Positions 25,528-39,300 of a DNA stretch of 64,000 bases are shown piece after piece. The notes under the pieces were generated by a model that saw nothing but the letters and a program-made list of their open reading frames with translations, was not told where the DNA came from and ran no database searches. Each line of letters starts with the position of its first letter. The first letter of the stretch is position 1. The stretch comes from Lama glama. Taxonomy: Eukaryota. The stretch lies in assembly GCA_028534125.1 (NCBI GenBank), contig CM052817.1, positions 92,878,001 to 92,942,000 of the forward strand, written 5' to 3'. The translations under genes and the position numbers were made by a program.

Positions 25528-26917
25528 CTAAAATCAATTCAATTTTTAAAACAAACAACCAAGATTTTCTATATACATGAACAACTTTGCTTCATTAAGT
25601 TCTATTACTGCTAAGTAAAATTACATGAATTAAGAAGGACAAGTCATTGAGTCCTCCTCAGAAATAGCTAAGTCTGAATTGGATCTTCATAAAGCATTTG
25701 ACTTTTTCTCACTTCTTACCAAAAAAAAATCATCTTCCCCGGTATTTTTCTATAATTACTTTCTAGATATGTGTTTACTCAAAATGAAGGCATGTGGAAC
25801 CAGAGAGCCATAACTTTAAAATTTTTAATTGAAATTAAAATGTATTATCTTACACAATAAATATTCTACTGTCACTGTGGACCGTTAAAGAAACTTCTTT
25901 GGGTTTTGAAACAGTAATTTGGGAATGACACTCCAGCTTCTTGAGTGAAGCATCAGGAAGGGACAGGTAAGTTCCCCAAAACCTTTCCAACCCACACAGG
26001 GCGCTGAGGGGCAGGGCACTAGCTAGGCTTCCCCTGTGAGCTCAGGTCTATCTCAGGCACATGGGAAATGGAGAAAGTGTAAAACACAACCTCAGTTCCA
26101 AAGGAGTTTCCAGCTTCGGTGAGAAGTCAAGACCAAAATACACAAAAGGATTGTGTACAACCCTGGCCCCTTTTAGGAAGAAGAATTAAAAAAAAAATAA
26201 GGAACTATAGATACAGAACTGGGAACAGAGGTGAATACTTAAAACCAGAAAAGAAAATTCTGATAAATTATGGGAATCTTGGAGACTGAGGTACCCGTCT
26301 TCTGAGAACTTTCTATGCAATGTACCGGAGCTGCTTATATAGAAATGCTTCCTGGGTGCAGCCGGGCTTCCCCTTCCCACCTGGAACCTTCCACAGCTCC
26401 AGGGATTTCCCAGCTACCCCCGGGGCCTGAGCGATGGGGAGCCCTGGGGTCTCACCTTCCCTGGCATCTCGGTGCCTCTGCCTACACCTGGTTTAATTAG
26501 CCTTTAAGGAAACTGTAAAAGACACCAGCAGCACCAAGGAATGTGTTGAACATTCAAAAAAAAAATCACATTTGGAATTCTTTCTGCATTCACTTGCCTC
26601 AGACCTGAAGAGTGAGGGTGCAGAGTGAAGAAATCGGACAACTTTTCTTCTTGTCACTGTTAACCACTGGGTCTCCAGCACAATGTAGAGATTCAGAGCA
26701 GGAGACAGGTCATGGAAATATTGATTTCTGCAGCCAGCCAAGAATGAGCACCCCTTTCTTTTTTTTTTTTTAATGAATATCCCATTGGGCATCCAGGAAT
26801 GTAACAGACCAGGCAGTGGACCTTCCCCTTTGTGATATAAAACTGAGCTCTCCAAATAGACTCCCATGGATTCTAAATATCTTATTTCCCACGGACCCCA
26901 TATGTGAAATCCCTGCA

Positions 26918-27530
26918 TTTACTCATTCATCTCGTATTTATTGTGCACCATTTGTTTGCCACACGCTACTCTGGCTGCTGGGACTCAGTAATGTGGACAA
27001 CAGATAAAGCCATTGCTCCCACAAAGACACAGATATACCCCGTGTCATGTGGTAAGTGTCCAAAGGAGAAATAGAGGACTGAGAATGACAGGGTCTAGGA
27101 GAATGAAGGATAGTCTCTCTTTGGGGTGATAGTGAAATGAAAGTGAAGGCAAGAGGAGATTTGTTGGAAGAACGTTGTAGACAAAGGGATTGGAAAGCAC
27201 AAAGGCCCTGTGGATGGGCCCCCTCGGTACCTGAGACCCAGAGCAAGGAGGTCACTGTGGCCGGAGTGGAGAGGGAGCCTGGAGAGGCGGTGAGGTTAGG
27301 GAAAGAGCGAGGGGCAGGGACACGTAGGGCTTTGTAGGTCATCGTCAGGAACTGGGAGGGCACTGAGCAGAGGAGTAACGTGACCTGACTTGGGCTCCAG
27401 GAGGGTCACTCTGATTGCTGTGTAGGAGGAGACCCGTGGGGAGGCCAGTACCCAAGTCCAGGTGAGAGACGGTGGAAACTTCACTAGGGTTTGGGTAATT
27501 GGGAATGTTAAGAATTGGCTGAATTTGTGT
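26918..27530 (-). mobile_element. L2 LINE fragment
   Basis: 'atttactcattcatctcgtatttattgtgcacc...gagcagaggagtaacgtgacctgact...gggtcactctgattgctgtg...gtccaggtgagagacggtgg'. Confidence 0.85.
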
Positions 27531-27616
27531 TCTCTGACATAGTGTCGGGAATCCCAGCTCCAAGGAGACATACATTTTCAAGGAGGTTAAGTGAAGGAAC
27601 CCTACCGTCTGCTACC

Positions 27617-27770
27617 CTAGTGTTTATCCAAGTGTGGTGTGGGCCCACTGCATCAGAACCCCTGTGGCTTTTGTTAAACAGATTTCTTTGTCTTGCCCCA
27701 GATCTGGATGGAGCCTCTGGCAAAGGAGGACTACGAGATTTTAACAACTCCTCATGTGATTTGTACAGAG
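27617..27770. mobile_element. MER5-like hAT fragment
   Basis: 'aagtgtggt...gcatcagaacccctgtgg...ttgttaaacagatt...ttttaacaactcctcatgtgatt'. Confidence 0.65.
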
Positions 27771-28399
27771 GATATGATTTTAATCACGGCCCAGTTCTTA
27801 TAGAAAAGAGAGTTGAGCCCTTGCAAAGGCTTGTGTCTTGTTAGACATTTCAAGCCCGCACTTTAAATCCCTGCTGGCCAGACTGAGAACACATTGTGGG
27901 CTTAATAGTAAGAACTGTAAAAGCTCACCGGCTTTGCTTGAACTCTCAATATGGGATGCCTCCAGCAAACTGTCATATTTCAGCCTTTTCAGGGGTTTCA
28001 CGAAACTTTCTGTCATTTTTAGATTGATTTTCATATTACTGAAACTTCTGCGTAAACTTGATTCTTAGCCTTAGATTAGAGATTATGAGTACTGACAAAT
28101 GGATTCAGAATTTTCTTAAACTTGTGTCTATATGAGCCAGAAATGTGACGCTGTAGGCTTAAGAGATGAAAAAGGAGATTTGGTATGGGATTCTAAGGCT
28201 ATTTTGCTTTCTTATATATTCATAAGTGAAAATCTCTATTAACAAACTCTTAATGTAATAAACCAGATTTCCTTGGCTTCCAAAACAGAAAAGGATGCTT
28301 TGAGATGAGGGAGTTGGGAACAAAGCATGAAATAATAGCTCGTGGTTTTTCCTGCCTTGCCTCCCTCCTCTCCCCTACCTTTCTTTATTGCTCCATACT

Positions 28400-28970
28400 T
28401 CATTTTCATAGATAAGAGAGAATACTAAACTCTCACTATTTACTCTAAAATCTTTTGCCATTGTACACACTTGCATTGCAGTCAAGAGTATGAACACCAT
28501 TTCGTATTCTGTGTTTTCCCGTGGTGTCATACACAATAGCACATACATTATGTCCCTGAAAGTACAATTTTTAATGGCTTTATAGTAAAGCTTTGTAGTA
28601 TGCTGCATCATAGAACCATTTCTTTACTGCTTGCCACTTGTATGTTTTTCCAGTTATACACTACATAATAATGACATGTGACACTCCTATAAACATTTTT
28701 ATATAAATCGCTCTATTTTCTTTGAGGCTCTTTTCTTAGAAAAAATATTCCTAACTGTAACGATTACTGGACTAATGTATAATAAGAGATTTTTTTTTTA
28801 AATTGTAACTTGTTGCTAGATCGTTTCTCAGAAAACGTGAACTGTTATTCCAAGTCATGCCAAGAATAATATTTCCTCTTCATCATAGCAGTGTAAAATT
28901 TAAGCACTTTAATTTTTTTGTGCGTCAGTTTAATAGCTGGGACTTAACCTATTATTTAAATCTTTTCATC
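28400..28970 (-). mobile_element. Old L1 (L1ME-like) fragment
   Basis: 'tttttaatggctttatagta...ttcctaactgtaacgattactgg...tcagtttaatagctg'. Confidence 0.55.
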
Positions 28971-30409
28971 ATCATTTCTGCAGTTAAAATAGGATACTTA
29001 TAAAATTGGGACATGAATGTAGGGCAGAGTCAGAGTGACAGCTTTCCCTGGCTCATCAGTGTTATTTTTCAATCTTTTTGGCCCATTTTGCAAGACACAT
29101 CCTGACCGAATGAGAGTTCCGGCTACTTTGAGGTTGTTGCTTTGTAGAGAAGTTCAGCGGCTGGACAGAAGAGGGCACTGTTCGTTTGTACCAAAGCGCG
29201 ACAAGCCTGTCTGACCCATTTAGGGAGAGAAATCTGTGGCCCTTCACGTGGGGTCCGGTGACCGCTGTGGTGGGGGCGCAGCTCCCTCCATGCCTAGCGA
29301 AATCTGTTAAGCATTTGATTTGCTATTAGTCACTAAGCTCCACAGAGTTCCAGCTGCCTGGATGGGTCCCACTGGGGCATTTACATTGCTGCCGCTAAGG
29401 ACTTGGCATCCAGGCAGGTGCCTGTGCAGGTTGGAGAGTGAATTTGCCCCAAGAGGCACCAGCCCACTCCTCTGCAAAGCTCCTAGAAGCCGAGAGGTTC
29501 ATTAGGACTTGATGAGCAGTGAAAGTCAGAAATTTAGAGAGGCTGGAATAGCAACCAGACTGGGAGAGTAAGGACATTTTTGTTAAAAGTGGGAAGCATT
29601 ACCTGAGATTTTCAGGCCAATTGTATTCCTGTATTTCTTTTTCCCCCTCTTTTAAAAAAGTCACATAGGAAATGTACAAATGCATTATTATTGCAAAAGT
29701 TTAAATCATAACATAGAAAGCTCAGTAATCATTAAAGTTTCCTTTTGCTTCCTCATTCTACTCCCTCTCTCCCTCCAAGACCACCACTGATAATAGTTTG
29801 ATAATTTTTTGGGTATTTACATACATTATACATCTATCTTTTTTCTCCAAAACTCAAAATTAGGTTCTTACCATACGTATTATTCTGAAACTGGTTATTT
29901 TTTCCACTTAACTATAAGGCTTATTACTGTTTCCCTAAGAGTCCAGGTAGGTCTACCTTATTCTGCATAACAGCCTGTAATATAAATTATAAATTAATTA
30001 GCCATTATGCTAATGAGAGACATTTGTGATGTTTTCACTCCACATCCTGGCCTTCCATGTATCTCCCACTCCTGCCTTTGTGCCAGCAGAGTAAAGCCAG
30101 AGAGGAGGTGGGCAGAGAGAATAAGAGAGCAGGAGGGCTGGACCCACGGGCCACTGCCCTACCCCCTCCAGCCACATGAGCTGCGGGAAGGGAGAAGAAA
30201 GAAAGGTTAAGATAAATAGAGACATTCAGATGCTTTATAGCTATGAGATTGGAAAGTCAAATATTACTGAACTGAGACTGTTTTACACAAAAGTGAGCAA
30301 AAGTCCCTGCTACCTGTGAGTTGCCGGAAGTCAGGGACTCACCCAAACCTTCATTCAGTCTCAGAGCCCTCACACTGCAGCATGGGTGAGGCCTGGCTCT
30401 CAATCTGGG

Positions 30410-30550
30410 CCTTGCAGGAGTGTCGCCAGGGGAGCTTTCAAAAGTCCCAAGGCCCAGGCTATGCCCCAGACCAAATAGAGTCGAATATTTCAGGGTGGGG
30501 CCCAGGTATCAGAATCCTTACAGTTCCCCATGGGATTTCAGTGGGCAACC
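30410..30550. mobile_element. MER5-like hAT fragment
   Basis: 'ggggagctttcaaaa...gcccaggctatgccccagaccaa...gggtggggcccaggtatcag'. Confidence 0.65.
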
Positions 30551-31164
30551 AAACAGAGACAGACAAAAACAGAGTTATATTTTGATCATAATCAAGAGAC
30601 TGTTCTCTATACTAGAAATGCTTCTGTTTATGTGTTTATTTCATGGCCTTGATCATCCTTGAGCTTCTTCAAGAGCTGATGTACAAATTACAGATTTAAA
30701 AGTAAATTTTAAACTTTTAAAGTCTTTATGTGATCTTTTCCCTTACTCTGCAAAAGATACTCTTTAAATATATCTATCTAGGTAGATAGATAGATAGGTA
30801 AGTAGATGAGGGCTTATTACAGAAAAAAATGTAAACTGTGTCCAACACTGGGTTGTGAGAGGGCTCTCTACAATGCAAGTTGTTAAAGTTGGAAAATGCA
30901 TGAAGACTTTATAAAGAGGCCACAATGTGATGAGTTCTCGATTACATTTGTGATGAGACACACTCTAATTTACTGATAGATCCCCAGCTTGACTTAAATC
31001 CCACTGGCCTTCAGGAGCACTGCAGAAAGCTTTAGTTGAGTTTGGCTGCCTTGTTTCAGCACCGAAAGGAAGACCCGTGGAGAAAACTGCACCTTGGCAG
31101 AAAAGGCAGGAGCCTCGCTTGTGATTTTTCTTTTTCATACAAACCTTCTTCTTCATGGTGTTTG

Positions 31165-31355
31165 TGGATTCCCCAAAGCCAAGGGTTTGGACTGACAACA
31201 TCAGAATCATTTTGGGAGCCTGTTAAAAATAGCGATTCCTTGACCCAACCCTAGACCTCCAGAACCAGCCTTTCTGGGAGTGAAACGTTGGCAGCAATAT
31301 TTTAACAAGTGTTCCCGGGTGGTTCTGATGCCCAGCCCAGGCTGGGCAGGACTGG
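31165..31355. mobile_element. MER5A-like hAT element
   Basis: 'catcagaatcattttgggagcctgttaaaaat...cccaaccctagacc...ttttaacaag...ggtggttctgatgc'. Confidence 0.75.
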
Positions 31356-31779
31356 CAAATGCCAGCTGCTAATGAGACCTTACACTAAGTATAAAACCCA
31401 CAGTGGGGACAGATAAGCCGCAATTAGGGAACAAACTACAAGCTGTTAAGGAGTATTAGTGACTGTGGGCTGTGTTTCTGCAGAGCCGGCCGCCTGCAGA
31501 GCCAGCGAAAAGATTCCTCCGTGAGTATGGAGGTCATTTTAAGGGGCTTCGGGAGGACTTCCTGTATTTTCAGTGGGGTGAGGTCACTTGTAGAGCTTTC
31601 ACCGGTGTTTTCTTCATCTGGCCATGTGCTGAAATGATTAGTAAGGGAAGTAGGAGAGAGGAAGAATCCTGGTCTCATGTGGGCTCAGACGTCTTAGGGA
31701 GTGTGAACTTCCTTCCTATCTTTCATGAATCTTTCATCATCTTTCTTTCATCATCTTTTTCCTCCATGTAGCCCAGGGA

Positions 31780-31985
31780 CAGAGGAATAGACTTAAAGGC
31801 CAGGCAGTTATGAAATAAAATCCTGGTGCTGCCACCTCCTAGCTGTGTGACTTTGGCCAAGTTCCAGAACCTCTCTGAGCATGGGTGAGTTCATCAGTCA
31901 AGGCTGGGTTAACTCCTTGCTGGTTTTGTGAGGGCTGAGTTGACACATTTAAGCATGCATAAAACCAATCCTGAGTACCTTCTAC
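31780..31985 (+). mobile_element. MIR SINE
   Basis: 'aatcctggtgctgccacctcctagctgtgtgactttggccaagttccagaacctctctgagc'. Confidence 0.8.
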
Positions 31986-32630
31986 AAACTGATGTCCCTG
32001 GCCCCTGGGATACAGCGGATGCTCACTGAGGGACAGCCAGAGATTCAAAAACAGCTGAGTCAGTAAATTTCATGGAATCTCAAATCTGAAAGCAGTGCTA
32101 AAATATTTCTAGAAATGTTCTAAGATAGAGAAAATTGTGTTTCTTTTTCCCTTAAAAAGGCATCTGTTAACAGTTACAGACTAGACATTTCCTACAACCT
32201 TCTCAAGCAAGCTAAACCAAAACAGTGGAACCCAGCTGAACTGAATGGGCTTAGCAGACTGGGGGCTCTGAGGACTCCATGGAAGCTGATGGGGAAGACA
32301 TTGGAATCCATCTTCTTTTTGCTAGATTTTGGTTGTTTTGTTTATCTGAAGTAAGAGTCCATGCTCTTCAGTAATTTTGAATGGTTCTAACTTACCCCAG
32401 GTTTGAACATGAGGCAACAACCCCGCTAAAACAAAATTTTAAACCACTCTGTTCTGTGAGTTGGAAAGGGAGGAATGGGATGGAGTTGTTCAGATTGTTA
32501 ATCTGCGTTACCCAAATTCACCATCAGTCATCCTCTTGGAAGTCATCTCAGAGAGTATTCTGTGTGGTTGGGAGACTTTCTTTCATAAGCTGCCTGGAAC
32601 GGGAGTGGAGTGGAGAAGTGTGGGTGTTGA

Positions 32631-32750
32631 TGGGTGAGACCATAGACCTTTCCTTGCCTGAGACAGTCTCAGTTGATGCCTGATGTAATAGCACTCCCTT
32701 TCACTCTCACAAGTGTCCCAGGCTGGAAGCTAAATTATATTATCATCTTA
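32631..32750 (-). mobile_element. MER94-like hAT-Blackjack MITE
   Basis: 'aatagcactccctttcactctcacaagtgtcccaggctgg...aaattatat' is the reverse complement of the recalled MER94 core. Confidence 0.75.
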
Positions 32751-33429
32751 TTTAACGATCATGCATTAGTAACGATCAGTAGTCCCTGAAGCACCTCTTG
32801 GGGGGAGGTGGGTTTACTGCAGAGCTTCGGTGGTCCTGAGCAAGAGTACGCAAGCCTGGGGACGGAGAAGAACTGCTTGGATCCTCCAGGAGAGGCTGAG
32901 CATTGCACCTAGCACATTTCCCCACTTAGTACTCAGTCCTTTTTCTAAACACATGTTGAACAAAATAGTAATATGAAGAAGCAGTAACAGACCCATGGTT
33001 CAGGCTAGCGCAGACGGGACTACACATACTCACCACCCCAGTCAGGTGGGAGAGTCATCTGTTGGGACGGGAAGCAGGCTAAGCATCAGGAAGCCCAGAT
33101 GCTTTGGTCTCCACCACTGTTTAACCTACATCTGACTCATTTTTCTCCATCACTTCTAGCTGCTGTCATTGTACGTGCCTCTCCTAGGCTCCCGCTAACT
33201 TCTCATCAGCCATATGCTGGAAATGAGATCACCAAATTTGGTAACTGAGTTTAAAGTAAAAGTAAGTCTGAGTGATGACCCAGGGGTCTCTCCTGTGAGT
33301 TGCAGTGAACACATTTTAAGACACCTTTTTAGCAGCTCTGGGGTTGCTCTTCTCCTTTCCTTAATTCAGGAAAGTCCCAAATACTCCAGGCCGCTAGGTA
33401 GGTGTGGTGCAGTTGTATCGCGAAGGTGT

Positions 33430-34540
33430 GGCTGTGGTTTAAAGTTGCGCTGCGTTCTGTCAGAGAACCAGGGGCACAGACATGTGTCCCCTCCCTGTTT
33501 CTATTTATGCTCAATCCCTTGATCGTCTCTTCTGGCCTCATAGATGGATTTCATGTCATCTCGCATGGACGATTCCCACATTTAGACCCTCTTTCCCAAA
33601 CTCTTGACTTTAGATAGAGATGCATGTTTGACATTTCGTCATAGTGTCTAACAGGCATTTCACACCTAATATGTCCAAAGTCAGACTCTTAACCTTCTTC
33701 CAAATCTGTTCTTCCTGAAGGTTTCTCCATCTCATTCCCTGGGAATTCCGTTCTTTCAGTCGTGCAGGCATAAAATCTTAGTCATCTTTGACTTCTCTCT
33801 TTCACTCATACCACGTTCACTCTGTCAGCAAATCCTATCTGTTCTATTTTCAAAATATGTCTAAATTCAACTACCTTGTGTCACCTCCACTGCTATTACT
33901 TTGGTCTAAGCCAACCTCCTGTTTATCTACTTCAGTTGTCTCCCAACTGAGACTTTTTTTCTTTCACTTAAAAAAAAAGCTTTTTGTACTCTTGGTCCTT
34001 TATAGTTGACTGCAGCCAGGGCCATCTTGTTAAACAGAACTCAGATCTTATCACTTTGTTTTTTTTTTTCTTAACATCCTCCAGTGGTTCTGCAAGTCAG
34101 TCCGAGTAAAAGCCAGCCAATCACCTAAAAGATTCTATATGACCCGTTCTCCATCCCCTTCCTACCACCGCACCCCTGCCAGATCATCAGCCCAGGAACT
34201 CTGCTCTTCCCTAGTCTTGCTCTGGCTGCAGTGACCTCCTTGCTGTTGACAGAAGATGAACACGCACTTCCACCGACTGGCTCCTACCAGGCGGCCTTTC
34301 CACCATGGCCGTGGCTTCTGCTCTTTCCTCCATCTGGAATGCTTTTCTTTGAGATACCGGCTTGGCTCGTTCCCACCTCCTTCACGTCCTCACTCAGATG
34401 GTTCCCTCTCGGGGAGGCCCTGGCCTTGTCTCCAGCTGTATCCATCCGTCTGACTCCTCTTCCTGTGCCTTGCTTTATTGTTCCTCTCAGTACTGATCAC
34501 CACTTGACATACTTTCTGTTTTACTTATTTTGTCTTTCTA
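33430..34540 (+). mobile_element. L2 LINE fragment
   Basis: 'acctaatatgtccaaagtcagactc...gtcatctttgacttctctctttcactcata...cagcaaatcctatctgttcta...tcagatcttatcact...ctggaatgct'. Confidence 0.85.
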
Positions 34541-34552
34541 AAAAAACTTGTT

Positions 34553-34635
34553 GGGGTGAGGGTATAGGTCAGTGGTAGAGCGCATGCTTAGCATGCACAA
34601 GGTCCCAGGTTCAACCCCCAGTGCCTCCACTAAAA
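34553..34635 (+). mobile_element. tRNA-Ala-derived SINE (camelid Vic-1-like)
   Basis: ggggtgagggtataggtcagtggtagagcgcatgcttAGCatgcacaaggtcccaggttcaacccccagtgcctccactaaaa: A box, AGC anticodon remnant, B box, G-rich 5' extension, short A tail. Confidence 0.85.
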
Positions 34636-37218
34636 CTGAACACTGGTACTTTTAAGTTTCTAATTGCTGCACCCTTTCTCTTGCATCTATTTTCACTTTC
34701 CAGGGATCTTTTGAACCAGAGTATCTTTCGATCTTTTGTGCTCTAAGGGTGGGAGAGGTTGGAAAGCACTTGCAGCAAGCCAGCAGTAGAAACGGAAAGT
34801 AGAAGTCATATTTGCACAGCTGCGTGGGGCTTCGTATGCGTCGCCACTGTGGTATGTGGTTTGGGCCCTGCAGCTCGGCTCTCCCTTTCCATTTATGATG
34901 GGGTGATGGCTACACCATGAAGAGGACCTGACCCTCGGTCAGCAGGTGCCTGTTGAATCTGACTCCCACCTGGTCTTCCACAGAACTCTGGGAAAGCACA
35001 GACAACGTGTGTGAGGCTGCGCACAGGGACTCCACATGCGCCCACGGAAGAGGCACTCACTTTGGGCTTGGCAGGGGTCTTGCTGCAAATACTACCAGTG
35101 CCCTACGTGTGTAGGTGGCTGGTCCTCCCCACCTACCCAGAGATCAGCTTAAGGAAACAGACAAAACTGGAATATAGCTCAAGAAATGGTAGGATTCTAA
35201 TGAAAAACCCAATTAAAGGAGACAGATGGCCGACACACACTTGTAACTTTCTTTAGAATATTTAGAGGAGTTATTTTTATAGCTTGTGAAGGCGATGCCT
35301 GACAGCAGGTGTTAGTCACCATCATTTAGAGAGCGTCTAATAGAGCCTTAGGTAGGGAAGCAGGGAGACTGACATTTTATTTTCTCATCTTCCTATTAAG
35401 ATGTCAAACATAGTTTCTTAACAGCATTTTTAATGATTTCGGAGGGCAATTTATCATCTCTCATCTCTGTGCTGCTGACACACCTTTCTCAGAATAGAAC
35501 AACCTTTCCAAGGCTTTATAAACCAAGTGTTGCAAGGAAAGTGTATCAGATGTTATTCTTTTCAAATTATAATATTTAACCAAATTACAGGTCTTGTTTG
35601 CTATTTATCACAAGGGATAGAATTTTGAGGTTAAATTGCCTAATTGCAAATCAGAGCTCCCGGAATCTAGTCCCACCTGTGCAGTTGAAATAGCAGCAAG
35701 GGCCAGAAAAATCAGTTTAGGTTTCTTGGAACAGGATTTTCCAACTGGAAAAGAGGGAGAGAAGGGCACCCAGCGGAAGCAAATTTTGGAAGAACTTTGT
35801 TAAATTCTGACAGCTTTACCAGTTAATTCTGTGACCCTTTGTGCTATCAGGTACCTCACTGAAGACCTGCAGGGAGAAAGTTTATATGAAGAATAAAGAA
35901 AGAAATGGAATAAGGAGTAGGAAGGGGATATAAGAGAGCAGGAACGTAGATGTAATTAGAGATGTGACTGAAGGGGTTTTCAGGGAGGATTTTTTTTTTT
36001 TTACCCAAATACAAACACTCAACAAGTATAAAACAGTCCAAGACAGCAGATGGATTGGACCCACTGAAGGAAAGAGGACAAGGTTGTACAGGGTTAGCTT
36101 AGGAACGAAAGTCCCAAGGATAAGTCCTCAGGGATAAAATTACCAAGCCCTCCCTTGAGATTTAAGGGGTTGGAGAGCTGACGGCAAGATGAGTTGGATG
36201 ACTCAAAAAATCTTGTTGTGGTGGTTTTTCTACAAATGAAGGAGCTTTAGGAATAGCAAGTAGTTCTGAAATAAATAACTGAAAGGCAATCCAGGGCTCC
36301 TCTTGGCTGAATTTTTACTAACAACTCTTAAGCAATTCAATTTGTACCTATACGTGTAACAATTACTGAGAAATGAAATTACTGCTGGAAAAATAAATCC
36401 CTATTAAAGGAGATGTTGCAAAATTTCAAGTTAGATATTGGTGGAAAATAAATTAAGTAGCAGACTTTTTCAAATTATATAAATGTAAAATCATTTATTT
36501 CCGATAAAATATACTGGCAGTTACTTTCTTTCTTTCTTTTTTTTTTTGGCAGTTATTTTCAATAGACACTTGTAAGCTTCTAATATGAGTACTAATTTGA
36601 ATACCAAGAGCAGAATTCCAAATATTTACTGAAATAAAGCACTGAAGTTTGGAGGAATACTTCGAGAAATATGCTTCATATTCCATTATTATGGTAAATC
36701 ACAGGTTATTCTTTTACAAGCTCAAGATCCTCATTGGACCTAATTTTGCAATCAAGGTGATTTTCCTCTTTTATTGTGGTGCATTCATGTCCCTACCTAG
36801 CTATTTTGGTCTTTCTTCTCTTTTAGACATCTTATTGAGCAACACTTCAATAATTCACTTTTGTATTTTTTATATGGAAGAGATAATAGACCATAGAGTT
36901 AAAGATGAGGATGTGAAATCCATCTTTAGCAATGGTGACCTCTTCATTATGGTCAGGCCACAGTTATTGGGTAATATTTGAGGACAATGAATAAATTAGT
37001 TATCAGGGAATGTTAGAGTTCAAAGGAGCTATGGAGCTCATCTGTCCTAAATAGATTATCTTATAGACTCAGTTCCAATCAATAAGAACGTCTTGACTCC
37101 GACTTACTGACTTCCAGCAGTAATTTCATTTCTCTACATCAGCATTGGGCTGGCTGTTGGGATCCAAACATGGGAAAATGTAGGCTTGGAGAGGCTTGGT
37201 TACGTGTCTAAGATCACA

Positions 37219-37702
37219 TGTTATGCCAGATACCTCTTCTTCGATCCATTCTCCACATTCTTCACTCTGCTCTGTATCTTTGGATACTAACATTGTATCA
37301 GTAGTTTCTAGTCTCCTGGCTTCCAGCTGAGATTAGACTGTGGGGAACATGGCGCAGAGGCCAGAGAGCAGCGAGGAGAGTGAGGGCAGGTGCTGACTGG
37401 TTCACCTACTGGCTCCTTCCCTGTGGGGTTGCTGTGAGCTGGCTGGCTGCACCCTTGGACTGTCAGAGAGCCCTCTCCACACAGACGCCCTCTCTAGGTT
37501 CTGATAACTTTTCCCTCTCTTTGCTCCTCAGGCTCTGGGTAGTAGAGGCACCTCACAGTTACTAATCCCTGGTTTGGTATCATCCCTTCTGGTTTCCCTA
37601 AGTCCAGCCCACATCTTTGTAAATAGTTCTTTAGTTAAACTCTCTTTAAATGGCCCAGTTTTAGCATGCCATCTGTTTTCTGTTGGGACCACGAGGGTTA
37701 TA
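37219..37702 (+). mobile_element. LTR33-like ERVL solo LTR
   Basis: 3' end 'ccacatctttgtaaatagttctttagttaaactctc...cccagttttagcatgccatctgttttctgttgggacc' matches recalled LTR33. Confidence 0.8.
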
Positions 37703-38664
37703 TAACCTATAGAATGATTCTCACCTTACCTGACTTGTAATGTCCTTTGAGATGTTTGTAAACAAATTTTTATTTATGGTTCACAAAATTCTGACTGTTG
37801 AGAGAACTTAGCCACTTTTAAACCAGCGATAGATGAAGGAATTGCATCAGGGACAAGATGGCAGAGTCAGTGTGGCGGCACTGGAAGTTGACATTCAATT
37901 TGCTCACGTAGGTATTTAAATATTTGGTGGCTCAGTTGCATTCTTTGATTCTGAATTCTATCAAGTGGATTTCTGATACCTGTTCTGTCCCTCCTCTCTA
38001 AAAGTTACAGTAAAGGCAAATCATGGTGTCCTGACTGAATTGTTACCACGTTTGATTGACAAAGCAACACAATTGAGACAGGGTTCGTCTAGCCCTGTGA
38101 AGTAAGGGGTGCCTTCAGAGGTCTGAGGAAACCTTGATGTCTGACATCCCTACCGTCAGCTGTCTTAAGTTCTATCAACTACCGGCTTATGGTCAAAATC
38201 CTCCAATAGCAGAGCTCATTCTTAAGCTTAAGACTTTGATTCTTGTTCAGATTGTACTTTCCTTGAGGGTAACAACGCTTTAAAGTATCGGTGATTAAAG
38301 AAGACCTCAGGCAAAAGTGGTTCAGATCTTTCTAAGGAAGTTTTGATTTGGGAACAGGGAGGGATCAGAAGGGTTTGGATCCTAGACTTGGTGTGCAAGT
38401 GAGATGGGAGGGCAGAGAGAACAAAGAGGAGACACTTTCATGTGGAGTAAATGTACGTCATACATTTTCCAGACTTGGGAATGGGACAGGGATTAAGAAG
38501 TTCAGAAAACTCTCAGCTACAGAATCGGGTGCAAGGGATGCCAATCGGGAAACCGTTGGAAAGACCTTTGAGTGAACTGCCCCTTTTTATAGGTCCCGGC
38601 CTTCGGTATTAAACGTGAATATATATTGCAGTTGTCATGAATAGGACTCAGCGAAGAATTAATC

Positions 38665-39300
38665 CTAGTACTTATTGACCACTTACCACACTGTAGGCAG
38701 TGTTCTAAGTGTTTACATGTCTTATTAACTCATTTGATCCTCATAACAGTTACACGAGGAAGATGCCGTTATTGATCTCTGTATTCCTTTCCCACCACCA
38801 GGACAACAGAGTGCCACCAGCCAGGTGGCTTAAACAACAGAAATGTATTGCCTCACAGTACGGCAGCAGCAGTCCAGAGTCAAGGTATGAGCAGGCTTGG
38901 TCCTTCTGAGAGAGCTATGAAAGAGAACTTGTTCTGGGCCTCCCCAGTGGCGTCTTGGTAGCCTTAGACTTTCTTTGACTTGTAGGCAGCCTCCTTCCTC
39001 ATCACACTGTCTTCCCTCTGTATGTGTGCCCCAATTTCCCACCTTTACAAGCACACTCATCATGTTGGATTAGAGCCCGCCTTATCTGATTATCTCCAAA
39101 GACCTTATTTCTAAATAAGGTCACATTCACAGGTACTGGAGGTTAGGACTTCAGCCTCCATTTGGTGGACGTAATTCAATCCATAGCAGTACCCATTTTG
39201 AAGATGAGGAAACTGAGGCACAGAGAAGACAGCTAAATTGCCCACCATCACAGAGAGAGTAAGCAGTGTTGGTGGGGTCTGTGCCATATTGAAGCCCAGA
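38665..39300 (-). mobile_element. MIR SINE split by an MLT1 insertion
   Basis: Left half 'cttattgaccacttacc...attaactcatttgatcctcataac'; right half 'cccattttgaagatgaggaaactgaggcacagaga'. Confidence 0.8.
38780..39188 (-). mobile_element. MLT1A/B-like MaLR solo LTR
   Basis: 'ggtggcttaaacaacagaaatgtattgcctcacag...aaagaccttatttctaaataaggtcacattcacaggtactggaggttaggacttca...attcaatccatagca'. Confidence 0.9.

Noticed and set aside
34553..34635. tRNA-Ala(AGC) gene (also 48790-48892)
   Set aside because: Degenerate stems, G-rich 5' extension and A-rich tail indicate a tRNA-derived SINE
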